The position numbers and the translations under genes are program-made. This document shows positions 1 to 9,631 of a stretch of 64,000 nt of DNA, piece after piece. Source of the DNA: Nitrospinota bacterium (lineage in GTDB: Bacteria > UBA8248). The stretch's first letter is position 1, and each line of letters opens with the position of its first letter. The notes below the pieces were generated by a model. The model ran no database searches, was not told the origin of the DNA, and saw nothing but the letters and a program-made list of their open reading frames with translations. The stretch covers positions 96,001 to 160,000 of the forward strand of contig JAZAHK010000046.1 of assembly GCA_036231405.1 (NCBI GenBank). The letters are read 5' to 3'.

Positions 1-90
1 AGGACGAATCCAGTGGACTTCTAAATGGGAAGAATCTTCTTGAAATAATTTGTACTAAATAAACTTAAAAATGACTCATGGGAGAGTCCT

Positions 91-1455
91 ATGTCATCTA
101 GTGTATATAATCCTTTGGAACAATCTTTGTTAACTTTTCATAATTATATTCCTAACTTCTGTAATGGGAAGGATACCCCTAGAGATTATCTCGAAAGATG
201 TCTTGAGAAGATCGATCTTTTAGAACCGAAAGTGAATGCTTTTGTTGTTATGAATATCGAATCTGCACGAAGTGCAGCAGATGCATCTTCGAAAAGGTAT
301 AGGGATGGAAAACCATTATCCATAGTGGACGGTATGCCATTTGGTGTGAAGGATCTTTATGAAACTATAGATATGAAGACTCAGATGAATAGTCCTGTCT
401 ATGAGGATTGGGAAGGTATCAGAGATAGTGCACACGCATTCGTTTTGAGAAAGGGTGGTTCTGTCATTCTCGGAAAAACTGCAACCACGGAATTCGGAAT
501 GGCGTCTCCACCACCAACGAGAAATCCATTTAATTACGATAAAACGGCAGGTGGTTCATCAAGTGGGAGTTCTGCTGCAGTTGGGGCGTCTATGATTCCT
601 GCTGCCTCTGGGAGTCAAGTAAGAGGTTCTATAGTTCGTCCTGCAGGGTACTGTGCTAATTTTGCTTTAAAACCAACTTTTGGCGCGATTAATAGAGGAG
701 GGGGACACTCATTAGCTCCTAGTCAGAGTGTTCTTGGGGTACATGCCGGTTCTCTTGAAGATTGTTGGTCTACCGCTTTTTATATTTCCTCTCAAGCGGG
801 AGGAGATGCAGGCTGCCCGGGATTATTTGGAAATCCAACGATTGAAAAACCAATAAAACCAGATAAAATTATTCGTATTGACTCCATTGGATGGGATTCT
901 ACAACCGATTCGACTAAAGAGGCATTTGAGGGGTTTCTCCAAAAACTCATTACTAATGGAGTTGAAATTATTTCGAGGAAAGATGATGAGAGAGTAGAGA
1001 AGTTTGAAGAAGCATTGTATGAGATTCCAGATTATTTGTTTCGTATGCTTGCCTACGAATCTCGTTGGCCATTGCAAGATTACAATTTATCTCAACCGGG
1101 AACACTTAGTCAGAAGATGTTAGATTCATTAGAACTGGGCTTATCTGTTTCTGTTGAGGATTATCGATTAATCTTGAAACGACGCCAAAAACTAAGAGAT
1201 TTGCAAAAATCTGTAAGCGAAATTGCCGGTTCATTTTTACTTCTCTGTTCATGTGATCCTCCACCAGATTATCCATATATAGGAGATCCTGTCTATGGAG
1301 ACGTTTCTTCAACTCTTGGTGCTCCTTCTTTTTCACTTCCATTTTTAGAGGTAGAAGGTTTGCCGGTTGGGGTACAATATATGGGATTTCCTGGGGATGA
1401 TTATCGAATTGCATCTCATTCAAAATGGATGATAGAAGTTTTAAAAGGAAAATGA
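91..1455 (+). CDS. Amidase signature family protein
   Basis: GVKD (catalytic Lys), GGSSSGS signature, GSQVRGSIVRPA (nucleophile Ser region); SD GGAG upstream. Confidence 0.9.
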   Translation: MSSSVYNPLEQSLLTFHNYIPNFCNGKDTPRDYLERCLEKIDLLEPKVNAFVVMNIESARSAADASSKRYRDGKPLSIVDGMPFGVKDLYETIDMKTQMNSPVYEDWEGIRDSAHAFVLRKGGSVILGKTATTEFGMASPPPTRNPFNYDKTAGGSSSGSSAAVGASMIPAASGSQVRGSIVRPAGYCANFALKPTFGAINRGGGHSLAPSQSVLGVHAGSLEDCWSTAFYISSQAGGDAGCPGLFGNPTIEKPIKPDKIIRIDSIGWDSTTDSTKEAFEGFLQKLITNGVEIISRKDDERVEKFEEALYEIPDYLFRMLAYESRWPLQDYNLSQPGTLSQKMLDSLELGLSVSVEDYRLILKRRQKLRDLQKSVSEIAGSFLLLCSCDPPPDYPYIGDPVYGDVSSTLGAPSFSLPFLEVEGLPVGVQYMGFPGDDYRIASHSKWMIEVLKGK

Positions 1456-1483
1456 TTTAGATTTCAGAATCTAAATATGGAGG

Positions 1484-2494
1484 ATGGTTTTGAGAAAAAC
1501 AAGACTTATTCAGGTTGGAATGGGACCTATTGGAATACAGACTGCTAAAATGGCTTATATGAGAGATGACATTGATTTGGTCGGTGGAATAGATGTGAAT
1601 CCAGAGATAGTTGGGAAAGATATAGGTCTCTTATTTGGAAATGCTGTAATAGGAAAAAATGTCGAGAGCGATATCAAGAAAGCATGTAAGAAATGGGATC
1701 CTGATGTTGCTGTATTAACGACAGTTTCGCAAGTTTCAAAATTGGAATTAGTTGCTATTGAATTATTAAATTCTGGTCTCCATGTAGTTAGTTCTTCAGA
1801 AGAATTATTGGTGCCAAAACTAAGAACTCCTGAAATTGCGAAGAATCTTGATCGAACTGCGAAAAAAAATGGAGTAACTATGGTTGCAGCGGGTGTCAAT
1901 CCCGGATTTACAATGGATTTGCTTCCTTTATTTGTCACCACACTATGTATAGAGGTAAACAAAATAAGTGTTTATAGGTGTCTCGATGCAAGTTTTAGGC
2001 GTGGAAGTCTTCAAAAGAAAGTGGGTGCAGGACTGACGGTAGAAGATTTTCGAAGAGGTGAGCGGGAAGGATGGATTGGTCATAAAGGGTTACAGGAGAG
2101 TATTAGGCTTTTAGCACAGGGCCTTGAGTGGAAAGATATTGAAATAAGTGAAACTTTGAATCCCATTATTGCGGAACATGATTTTGAAACTGATTTTTTT
2201 GAAATCAAAAAAGGATCTGTTGCAGGAGTACATCACGTTGGACATGGGAAAAAAGACGATCAAGTGTTGATAGAACATGATTTAAAAATGTCCGTGGGTG
2301 CAGAAGAGTCGTTTGATCTTGTGCAGATATTGGGGACTCCTGACCTTGAATTAAAATTCAAAGGTGGCATTCCTGGAGATATAGCGACTTCAGCGACACT
2401 TTTAAATACGGTATCAAGAGCTATTGAAGCTAGTCCAGGACTTCTTACACCTTTGGACCTTTCGTTGCTTAGAGGGGTTGGGAGAGTTTTGTAA
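1484..2494 (+). CDS. NAD(P)-dependent amine dehydrogenase / 2,4-diaminopentanoate dehydrogenase-like (DapB-like N-terminal domain)
   Basis: Rossmann GMGPIG, SSSEEL, GVNPGFTMD, GDIAT and PGLLT motifs of the Ord/native amine dehydrogenase family; SD GGAGG. Confidence 0.75.
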   Translation: MVLRKTRLIQVGMGPIGIQTAKMAYMRDDIDLVGGIDVNPEIVGKDIGLLFGNAVIGKNVESDIKKACKKWDPDVAVLTTVSQVSKLELVAIELLNSGLHVVSSSEELLVPKLRTPEIAKNLDRTAKKNGVTMVAAGVNPGFTMDLLPLFVTTLCIEVNKISVYRCLDASFRRGSLQKKVGAGLTVEDFRRGEREGWIGHKGLQESIRLLAQGLEWKDIEISETLNPIIAEHDFETDFFEIKKGSVAGVHHVGHGKKDDQVLIEHDLKMSVGAEESFDLVQILGTPDLELKFKGGIPGDIATSATLLNTVSRAIEASPGLLTPLDLSLLRGVGRVL

Positions 2495-2503
2495 TTCTTG
2501 TTT

Positions 2504-2878
2504 TTAATGACTTTTAGTAATTTTAGAAGGAGCGCTAATCGGACTCTTTTGTTCGTATTTTATCTTTGGATTATTAGATAAAATAAAAATTGATGATAGA
2601 ATCATTACGACACCAATTACTACTATTATAATGCCTGGACCAAACATTTGCTTCTTTGAGGTGTTCTTTTTTCTGACCTGTATTGAAGCTTTGTAAGAGA
2701 TATAGATTCCACACAAAATCAAGAAAGTTCCCAATATAAAAGTAGAGATCTTAAGGACACCTGGTTCTTGGGCAAAGTATAGGAACATGTATACTTCTTC
2801 TTCATGGTGAGCAAAAGAAAAAGTATGGATTAAGACTGTTGCAGAAATGAACAAAATATAAACAGAAACGTATTTCAA
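2504..2878 (-). CDS. Small membrane protein of unknown function (signal peptide-like N-terminus plus 2 TM helices)
   Basis: TTG start with SD GGAG; three hydrophobic segments; fills an otherwise empty gap. Confidence 0.6.
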   Translation of the reverse strand: MKYVSVYILFISATVLIHTFSFAHHEEEVYMFLYFAQEPGVLKISTFILGTFLILCGIYISYKASIQVRKKNTSKKQMFGPGIIIVVIGVVMILSSIFILSNNPKIKYEQKSPISAPSKITKSH

Positions 2879-3002
2879 AGTATCTCTCCATTATACTGGT
2901 AGTGTTAAGGGTTTTTCAGAGACTAAAACTTAATTTTTTTTGTTCTGTCAGAGTACCCGATATAAAGTATAGAAGTAATCTTATATGTGTAAATACTCAA
3001 TT

Positions 3003-4187
3003 CTAAGCGTCTTGATGTAATGTTCCTGCCGCTTGGAGAAGTGCAGACGAACCCGTTCCGTCACCATGCTGAAATGTAAGAATATCTCGAATAATTTTTT
3101 CGCTTGGGTAGTCTCGCATAATTCCAACTCCGCCGAGTATATCAAGTGCTAATTGGATTGACTTGATTCCGACCTGGTCACTAAAAACTTTTTGATTTCT
3201 TGTAAATCTAGGATTATATGATTCGTCGTGATCCACACCCCAGCAAACTCTCCACATGAATTGCTCAGCAACTTCAATGTTCATTATCATTTCTGCCAGC
3301 ATGTGACCTACAGTAGGATGTTCAATAATAGGTTTGCCTCCCTGGATACGTTCCTTTGCGTGTTCGTAGCATATTTTAAAAAGAGAGCGGCAAAGACCTG
3401 TATTGCAGGCCACTAACTCCGCACTTCCTCTAAAGAAAGCTCTTCTGACATCTGAAGCCTTGTTTACTTCACCAATTATATTATTTTCATGGACTCGTAC
3501 ATTGTCATAAAAACTTTCAGCATTTGGGTAAAGACGATAACCCATTTTATTGTGAGTTCTACCGTAAGTTATGCCCTCTTCTTCGCCATTCAACATGAAA
3601 CATGTCATACCTTTGCTGAGGGGAGCATTTTGGTCAGTTCTTGCAAAAAGAAGTATGATTTTAGAGTGTCCAATTAGAGACGTATATCTCTTTGCCCCAT
3701 TGATTACCCAGTGATCTCCATCCTTAACAGCTGAAGTTCTCATTCCGAGTTTTGGGTCGTTTGCATTGAGTCTATTTTCTGTGCTGTGGTCGGGTTCAGT
3801 ACTTGCGAGAGAACAAACGGCATCATGGTTCTCAGCGAATCTTTTTAACCAGTGGTCTTTTTGCTCCTTAGTTGCAACTTTATTAATAGCACCAGAAACT
3901 TTCCAACATTGGCTAAGACATTTAATAGTTCCAATTTCGTACTGTGCTCCCGTCCAAAGGACCAAGGTCCTTCCTAATAAATCTACATCACTTCCGCCAT
4001 ACTCTTCTGGTAGTGCTAGAGTTCGTAATCCTAAGTTAGATGCTTTATTGATTAGTTCTTTTGGATAACAGTCTTCAGGATTGGGTTTTTGGTCCAATTC
4101 GTTTGCAATGGGCATGACTTCTTTTATCATAAAGTCCTTGGTTAATTGTTCTAATGCCCTCTGTTCATCTGTAAACGGATATTGCAT
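3003..4187 (-). CDS. Acyl-CoA dehydrogenase family flavoprotein (atypical active site)
   Basis: TEP...WVINGAKRY, KMGYR, ERIQGGKPI, ILGGVG, EKIIRD; C-terminal HGDGT in place of YEGT. Confidence 0.9.
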   Translation of the reverse strand: MQYPFTDEQRALEQLTKDFMIKEVMPIANELDQKPNPEDCYPKELINKASNLGLRTLALPEEYGGSDVDLLGRTLVLWTGAQYEIGTIKCLSQCWKVSGAINKVATKEQKDHWLKRFAENHDAVCSLASTEPDHSTENRLNANDPKLGMRTSAVKDGDHWVINGAKRYTSLIGHSKIILLFARTDQNAPLSKGMTCFMLNGEEEGITYGRTHNKMGYRLYPNAESFYDNVRVHENNIIGEVNKASDVRRAFFRGSAELVACNTGLCRSLFKICYEHAKERIQGGKPIIEHPTVGHMLAEMIMNIEVAEQFMWRVCWGVDHDESYNPRFTRNQKVFSDQVGIKSIQLALDILGGVGIMRDYPSEKIIRDILTFQHGDGTGSSALLQAAGTLHQDA

Positions 4188-4208
4188 AAAATGTCCTTTA
4201 TTTAATAA

Positions 4209-5255
4209 TTATTTTAGTTTTTGTAAGAGTTCGAAAAATTGTTGTAATTCTTGAAATTCTTTCATCAAAGGTGCTAATTCTGAAGGCGTTAAGCTTTTAT
4301 AGTCTTTTATTAGTTTAATCAGATTTCGTGCATATAGTATTTGTTCTTTTGCTTGAAAATCATGGGTTGCTTCAGACTTGTCTAAAGAACGATTTCCATT
4401 AAAATCGTAATTAGAGAATACAAGTTCTGTCACAAGGGGCATGAATATTTGCAAAATTCCATCTATAGAAGGCACTATAGACTTTGGAATGCCTTTTTCT
4501 CCCAGTAATTTTTTTTCTGATATTTCAAGTAATAGCCATTTTATTGTAAGTCGATATCCCCTAGTAATTTCTGCCTTTGATAGTTTACCGTCTTTTGAAA
4601 CATCAGCGATTGACCAAAAGCTATCGTAACATTTTGATGCCCAATTTTTACTTCCCCAACTTCCTTTCTGAGATTTTAAAATCAACGCTTCACAATCGTT
4701 AGATGCTTTCAGCATTTTTTGTCCGTAAATTCTTGCATCATTTAATGCAAGATTATTATACGCATCAAGTAAACTTTGAATTCTGTTTTTTTGTGTATTT
4801 TGAACTTTGATATTTTTTCTTTTTATATTTCTTCTAGCAGAATCAATTGCAAGAGTTTCTTGTCTTGTTGTTGATTCTGCACCTTGATATTTTTTAAACC
4901 ATTTTGAAGATTCTAAAGGGTTTTTATCTACACCAATTCCTTTCGCATACATAAAGGATAAATTCTTGTAGGCTTTTTTATTTCCAGCATTAGCAGCAAA
5001 TTTAAACCAAATCAGGGCTTTTTTAGGATTTTTAGAAGTGCCCTTTCCATTTAGATACAGTTCTCCGAGTGCATTTTGTGCTTTTGGATCGCCTTTGGAA
5101 GCACCTTCAAGAAATTTATTAAATGCTGATTTGAAGTTTCCACGAGTGACTTCTCTTTGCCCTTCTTTGTAATTTGCACTAACTGAACTATTTAAGGTGA
5201 AAATGAAAAAAGTTAGAAAAAACGTGAGAAGTATTCTATATAAGACAATTTTCAT
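4209..5255 (-). CDS. Secreted or membrane-anchored Sel1-repeat protein with two EF-hand-like loops
   Basis: Start moved to the ATG at 5255 (removes the overlap, exposes signal peptide MKIVLYRILL...VSA); Sel1 repeats GDPKAQNALGELYLNGKG and GNKKAYKNLSFMYAKGIG; loops DVSKDGKLSKAE and DFNGNRSLDKSE. Confidence 0.75.
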   Translation of the reverse strand: MKIVLYRILLTFFLTFFIFTLNSSVSANYKEGQREVTRGNFKSAFNKFLEGASKGDPKAQNALGELYLNGKGTSKNPKKALIWFKFAANAGNKKAYKNLSFMYAKGIGVDKNPLESSKWFKKYQGAESTTRQETLAIDSARRNIKRKNIKVQNTQKNRIQSLLDAYNNLALNDARIYGQKMLKASNDCEALILKSQKGSWGSKNWASKCYDSFWSIADVSKDGKLSKAEITRGYRLTIKWLLLEISEKKLLGEKGIPKSIVPSIDGILQIFMPLVTELVFSNYDFNGNRSLDKSEATHDFQAKEQILYARNLIKLIKDYKSLTPSELAPLMKEFQELQQFFELLQKLK

Positions 5256-5277
5256 ATTTCTCTCAATTAAAGAATCT

Positions 5278-6471
5278 CTAATGAGTGACAAGACCAGTAA
5301 TACTAGAACTCATTTTCATTCTAAAAATATGATTGTTACCTGCTCCATGGAGGAAAGAAATAACATCTCGTAAATATTTTTCGACAGGGCATTCTTTCAT
5401 ATATCCCATGCCGCCATGAACCTCTATCGCAAGTTTACATACTTCATACGAGGCTTCAGAGCAAAAAACTTTTGCCAGCCATGCAAATTTTGGATCATAT
5501 GTTTCTGCATGGTCTACATTCCAGGATGCACGCCAAAGTACCGAACGAGAAGACTCAATCCTTGTATACATTTCTCCAATCATTTGCGCGACTGCTTGAT
5601 GTTGCGCTATGGGTTTTCCACCTTGAATTCTTTCTTGTGAGAATTTCACTGCTTCCTCAAAAGCAGCTCTTCCAGTACCGAGAACTGTTGCGCCATATCC
5701 TCCACGACCACGTGTTATTTTTGAGGTTCTAAGAGATTCTGCCCCGTTTTCTTCTCCTAAAAGATTTTCTTCAGGAATCTTAGCGTTATTGAAAACGAGT
5801 GTCCCATTACTTAGGAGTCGCCTGCCCATTTTATCGTGAATCCTTCCAATTTCTAATCCCGGAGTATCGTGTGGAACTAGAAATGCAGTAACCCCTTTTA
5901 ATCCGCCTTGTGATTTGTCTGTCCTTGCAAAGACGATATAAAGTTTAGCTGTTCCTCCGTTGCTTATATATTGTTTTGTGCCGTTTAATTCGTAATATTT
6001 CCCTTTTTTAACTGCAGACGTTTGTACTCCGAATCCAGGTTCAGGATATGGGAGAACATGGTCAGTTCCAGCATTTGGCTCGGTCATGCAGATTGCTAAT
6101 AAAAATCGATGGTCATCAATAAGATTCGGAATAAACCTTTCTTTTTGTTCATCGTTGGTCCAATTCTCAATAATAGGACTAAACTTCCATGTCTGATCAA
6201 AAGTGGCTGCAACTCCTAAATCTCCTGTTCCTAATTCTTCACCGATAATCGATAGTGTGAGCATGTCTGCACCACCACCACCATATTTTTCAGACACAGC
6301 TAATGTTCTTAGTCCAATTTTTGAACCCTCTTCGACTACATCCCAGGGAACACACTCAGACGGGTCTTGTTTTCGATCAAATTCCTGCGCAATTGGGCGG
6401 ACTTTTTGAGTTGCAAAATCACGCGCCAAAGACTGAAGAGCGATTTGCTCTTCTGTAAGTTTGAAATCCAT
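5278..6471 (-). CDS. Acyl-CoA dehydrogenase family flavoprotein (atypical active site)
   Basis: MDFKLTEEQ, CMTEPNAG, LNGTKQYISNG, KMGRR, VHGGMGY, EKYLRD; HGAGN in place of YEGT. Confidence 0.9.
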   Translation of the reverse strand: MDFKLTEEQIALQSLARDFATQKVRPIAQEFDRKQDPSECVPWDVVEEGSKIGLRTLAVSEKYGGGGADMLTLSIIGEELGTGDLGVAATFDQTWKFSPIIENWTNDEQKERFIPNLIDDHRFLLAICMTEPNAGTDHVLPYPEPGFGVQTSAVKKGKYYELNGTKQYISNGGTAKLYIVFARTDKSQGGLKGVTAFLVPHDTPGLEIGRIHDKMGRRLLSNGTLVFNNAKIPEENLLGEENGAESLRTSKITRGRGGYGATVLGTGRAAFEEAVKFSQERIQGGKPIAQHQAVAQMIGEMYTRIESSRSVLWRASWNVDHAETYDPKFAWLAKVFCSEASYEVCKLAIEVHGGMGYMKECPVEKYLRDVISFLHGAGNNHIFRMKMSSSITGLVTH

Positions 6472-6497
6472 ACTTTGACTCCCTAGGGATTTAAAAT

Positions 6498-7463
6498 CTA
6501 AAGTTTATCTAAGATGCCTGTTGACTCTAAATCCTTACGGAAAGCATCTTTTTCTTTCTTTGTAAGAGAAACGACAGGTGCCCTTGGATCCCCTGATGGC
6601 ATACCAAGTTGGTTTGTCCATTCCTTCATATATGCCGTTGTTCTCCCATCTGGTCCTGTCGTAAAATATTTTTTCTTTACTTTTCTTATTGGGTCAAGAG
6701 AATAATTTTTTTGCCATGCAGTTTCTAAATCCCCATTGATTGCAGAATCGTAATAATCTCTTATAGGGGTGAATCCTTTTACTTGATAAAGAAAAGGAGT
6801 TGGTGAAGACATATGAACTTGCGTGTCTAAGTATAGCAAACTAACGAGAAAATTTTCTTCATCTGGGTCACATACAACGATTTTATCTCCGACTCTTCTC
6901 TTAACTTCATTTTGATGAGCCATGCTAGGGACTGCATTTTTTACACAACAAATGTTATCTATTTCACATAGTCTTTCAATCAATTCAGGGCTTAGAGTTG
7001 TTCCAGATTTGGGTTGATTGAACAAGGAAATTCCAATATCGACTTGATCACATAAAGTTTTAAAATAGAGGAGGATTTCATCGTCTTCGTATGCGCCATA
7101 AACTGGATTTATTACAATAGCGTAATCTGCACCAACTTCTTCTGCGTGTTTAGTTAGATCAATAGCCTCATTTATGTTCATGTGTGCGGTGTGAGGAATA
7201 ACTTGAGCACTTCCTCTGCTTTCTTCACAAACTATATGCTGAATACGTTTTCTTTCTTCTGATGTCAAAGACCAATATTCCCCCATTAGACCGTTACAAA
7301 AAAATCCATCAATTTTTAGGTTGTCGATACAATGCCTAACGTTTTTCCTAAGTCCACCTTCATCAAGTTGTCCAGATTCGTCGAAAGGAGTTGTAAGTGC
7401 GGCCCATACCCCTTTCATATGTTCCTTGCAATATGCTTTTGCTTCAGTTTTCGTATATTCCAT
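6498..7463 (-). CDS. DapA/NAL class I aldolase family protein (probably not true DapA)
   Basis: ALTTPF, GLMGEYWSLT.EER, Schiff-base Lys in CCVKNA, RAPV near C-terminus. Confidence 0.85.
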   Translation of the reverse strand: MEYTKTEAKAYCKEHMKGVWAALTTPFDESGQLDEGGLRKNVRHCIDNLKIDGFFCNGLMGEYWSLTSEERKRIQHIVCEESRGSAQVIPHTAHMNINEAIDLTKHAEEVGADYAIVINPVYGAYEDDEILLYFKTLCDQVDIGISLFNQPKSGTTLSPELIERLCEIDNICCVKNAVPSMAHQNEVKRRVGDKIVVCDPDEENFLVSLLYLDTQVHMSSPTPFLYQVKGFTPIRDYYDSAINGDLETAWQKNYSLDPIRKVKKKYFTTGPDGRTTAYMKEWTNQLGMPSGDPRAPVVSLTKKEKDAFRKDLESTGILDKL

Positions 7464-7631
7464 GGTGTAACTCCATTTAAGATATGAAAAAGGAATAAAA
7501 TATAACTTACATAATTCAGCTTTTCATAATAAATTACACTAATTTATAGTTTCCTTAAAGGAACCAAATTTAATTTCTATCTAAGTAACATGTTCCACTT
7601 TTTGTGATTTGCCTAGAACAGGGGGGATTGA

Positions 7632-8390
7632 ATGAGATTAAAAGGTAAAAAAATTTTTATTACTGGGGCATCCGTTGGTATTGGTAGCGCTATAGCAAAT
7701 CGATTTTCTAGAGAAGGAGCCAATCTTTATCTTGTAGGAGGAAGAAATCTCGAAGCCTTAGATGAAACGATCAAAATTTGCAAAAAATCTAGTGTGCAGG
7801 TAACTGGGCAGGGGGTGGATCTCTCTGATCTTTCGCTCATCCCTGATTTAATGTCTAAAGCGATGGATTCACTAGGAGGAATAGATATTTTGGTTAACTG
7901 TGCCGGACTAAGATGTAACAAACCTGTACAGAATGTGACCATTGAAGATGTAGAGACAATATTTAAGATAAATGTCATGAGTGCTTTCGTATTGAGTAGC
8001 ATAGCGGTAGATTTTATGTTGGAAGAGAACATTCGAGGTCAGATCTTAAATATAGGCTCAACTTCGGGAGAAGCTGGAGTTGCCGACAATTCACTCTACT
8101 GTGCAACAAAAGGAGCTATGCACCTTATGACAAAGGCTATGGCGGTAGAACTTGGAGCAAAAGGCATTAGAGTGAATGTTTTGGCACCTGGTACGATTTT
8201 AAGTGATGGAGTGGGTGGTCGATTGGATAGCGATCCTGAAAAGGCAAAACGGTTAATGAACACCATTCCTTCGGGTCGATTTGGAAATCCAAATGAGGTT
8301 GCATCGTGTGCAGCATTTATTGTTTCTGATGAAGCAGACTATATGAATGGAGCAGTAATTTTACTTGATGGAGGGAGGCTTAGTTGTTAG
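7632..8390 (+). CDS. Short-chain dehydrogenase/reductase
   Basis: TGASVGIG, NCAG, YCATK, IRVNVLAPG, LDGG. Confidence 0.92.
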   Translation: MRLKGKKIFITGASVGIGSAIANRFSREGANLYLVGGRNLEALDETIKICKKSSVQVTGQGVDLSDLSLIPDLMSKAMDSLGGIDILVNCAGLRCNKPVQNVTIEDVETIFKINVMSAFVLSSIAVDFMLEENIRGQILNIGSTSGEAGVADNSLYCATKGAMHLMTKAMAVELGAKGIRVNVLAPGTILSDGVGGRLDSDPEKAKRLMNTIPSGRFGNPNEVASCAAFIVSDEADYMNGAVILLDGGRLSC

Positions 8391-8438
8391 TTTCCCCCTG
8401 ATGTTCTTATATTTATAATGTCCCGGGGTAAAAATTTT

Positions 8439-8891
8439 ATGCGAATATGGGTAGATGCAGATGCTTGTCCAAGAGTCGTGAAAGAGTTTATTTTTCGTGC
8501 ATCAGAAAGATTGAAAGTCCATGTGGTTTTTGTGACCAATAGTCCGATTTATCTTCCTCCTTCGAATCATTTAGAAATTATCTATGTTCCAAAAGATCCA
8601 GATGCAGCTGATCAATACATTATTCAGAATCTCGGTAAAGAAGACCTTGTGATTACTGCTGATATCCCGATGGCCTCTGAGGTCTTAAAGAAAAAAGCGT
8701 TCGTTATTAATCCAAGAGGGGATGAATTTACGGAGAAAAATATAGGAGAGAAAGTTTCGACAAGGAACTTAATGAGTGATTTGCGTTCTTCTGGGATGAT
8801 GGGAGGAGGCCCACCCCCCATGAACAGCAAGGATACACAAAAGTTTTCGTCTGCATTTGATAGAATAGTAACTAAACTGTTACAAACATAA
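8439..8891 (+). CDS. YaiI/YqxD (UPF0178) family protein
   Basis: IWVDADACP, DAAD, VITADIP, INPRG; start placed at the second ATG. Confidence 0.88.
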   Translation: MRIWVDADACPRVVKEFIFRASERLKVHVVFVTNSPIYLPPSNHLEIIYVPKDPDAADQYIIQNLGKEDLVITADIPMASEVLKKKAFVINPRGDEFTEKNIGEKVSTRNLMSDLRSSGMMGGGPPPMNSKDTQKFSSAFDRIVTKLLQT

Positions 8892-8913
8892 TTTTTTCTA
8901 GAGGAAATATTAA

Positions 8914-9519
8914 ATGCAAAACAGCAATAAAATTGTTTTTGTGATTATTTTATTGTTTGTGTTTTTTTGCGTGTTTTACATTCTTAGTTCTGAAGTAGAT
9001 AAAATTCAGAAAAAAGAAGAAATTTTTTTATTGAAAGTATTACTGAAACAGCCTAAGAGAAAACTCACTCTTAGTGAAAAAGTTCAAATAAGATGTCTCG
9101 CGACTAATATCTACTTCGAGGCAAGAAATCAAAATCTTAAAGCGAAGGTAGCGGTAGGACTTGCGACATTGAATAGGGTGATGTTACCGGATTTTCCATC
9201 TACAATTTGTAAAGTTGTGAAGGAAGGTCCTGTATATCCTTATAAAAAATCTCTTCCTCTAAGGAATAAATGCCAGTTTTCTTGGTATTGTGATGGCAAA
9301 TCTGATGAGATACAGTTGGCTAACCCAAAAGAGAGAAAAGCGTGGGAAAGTTGCTTTAGGGTTTCTCAAAATCTTTACATAAATCGTTTTGAATTTTTAG
9401 ATTTTACAAATGGAGCGACACATTATCATGCAGACTACGTAATTCCTAGATGGACTAAGGATACTAATATTTTATTTCTCGAAAAATTTGGAACCCATCT
9501 TTTTTACAAGTATAAATGA
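8914..9519 (+). CDS. Cell wall hydrolase, SleB/Hydrolase_2 family, with N-terminal membrane anchor
   Basis: CLATNIYFEAR, LNRV, CQFSWYCDGKSD, GATHYHADYV.P.W, HLFY. Confidence 0.88.
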   Translation: MQNSNKIVFVIILLFVFFCVFYILSSEVDKIQKKEEIFLLKVLLKQPKRKLTLSEKVQIRCLATNIYFEARNQNLKAKVAVGLATLNRVMLPDFPSTICKVVKEGPVYPYKKSLPLRNKCQFSWYCDGKSDEIQLANPKERKAWESCFRVSQNLYINRFEFLDFTNGATHYHADYVIPRWTKDTNILFLEKFGTHLFYKYK

Positions 9520-9631
9520 GGTAAGAATTTGACTTTGTGCGTGTTATTTTTTATTTTTTTTCCTTTATAATACTAGTTTAAGAAATGTGGTTTTTTGTAA
9601 TTTATTAAATGAAGTTTGGTGGGAGATGGAA

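Noticed and set aside
1-90. 3' end of an upstream gene
   Set aside because: Several short open frames are possible and none is identifiable.
5256-5291. Overlaps and N-terminal extensions in the ORF track (Sel1 gene; also 47065 lspA, 49900, 9587, 39564, 14963)
   Set aside because: Downstream starts with SD or stop-start coupling fit better.
8914-9519. Prophage suggested by the SleB-like hydrolase
   Set aside because: No phage structural, integrase or holin genes nearby; the family is common on chromosomes.
9520-9631. NAD-sensing riboswitch upstream of nadA
   Set aside because: Mostly T-runs with no evident structure.
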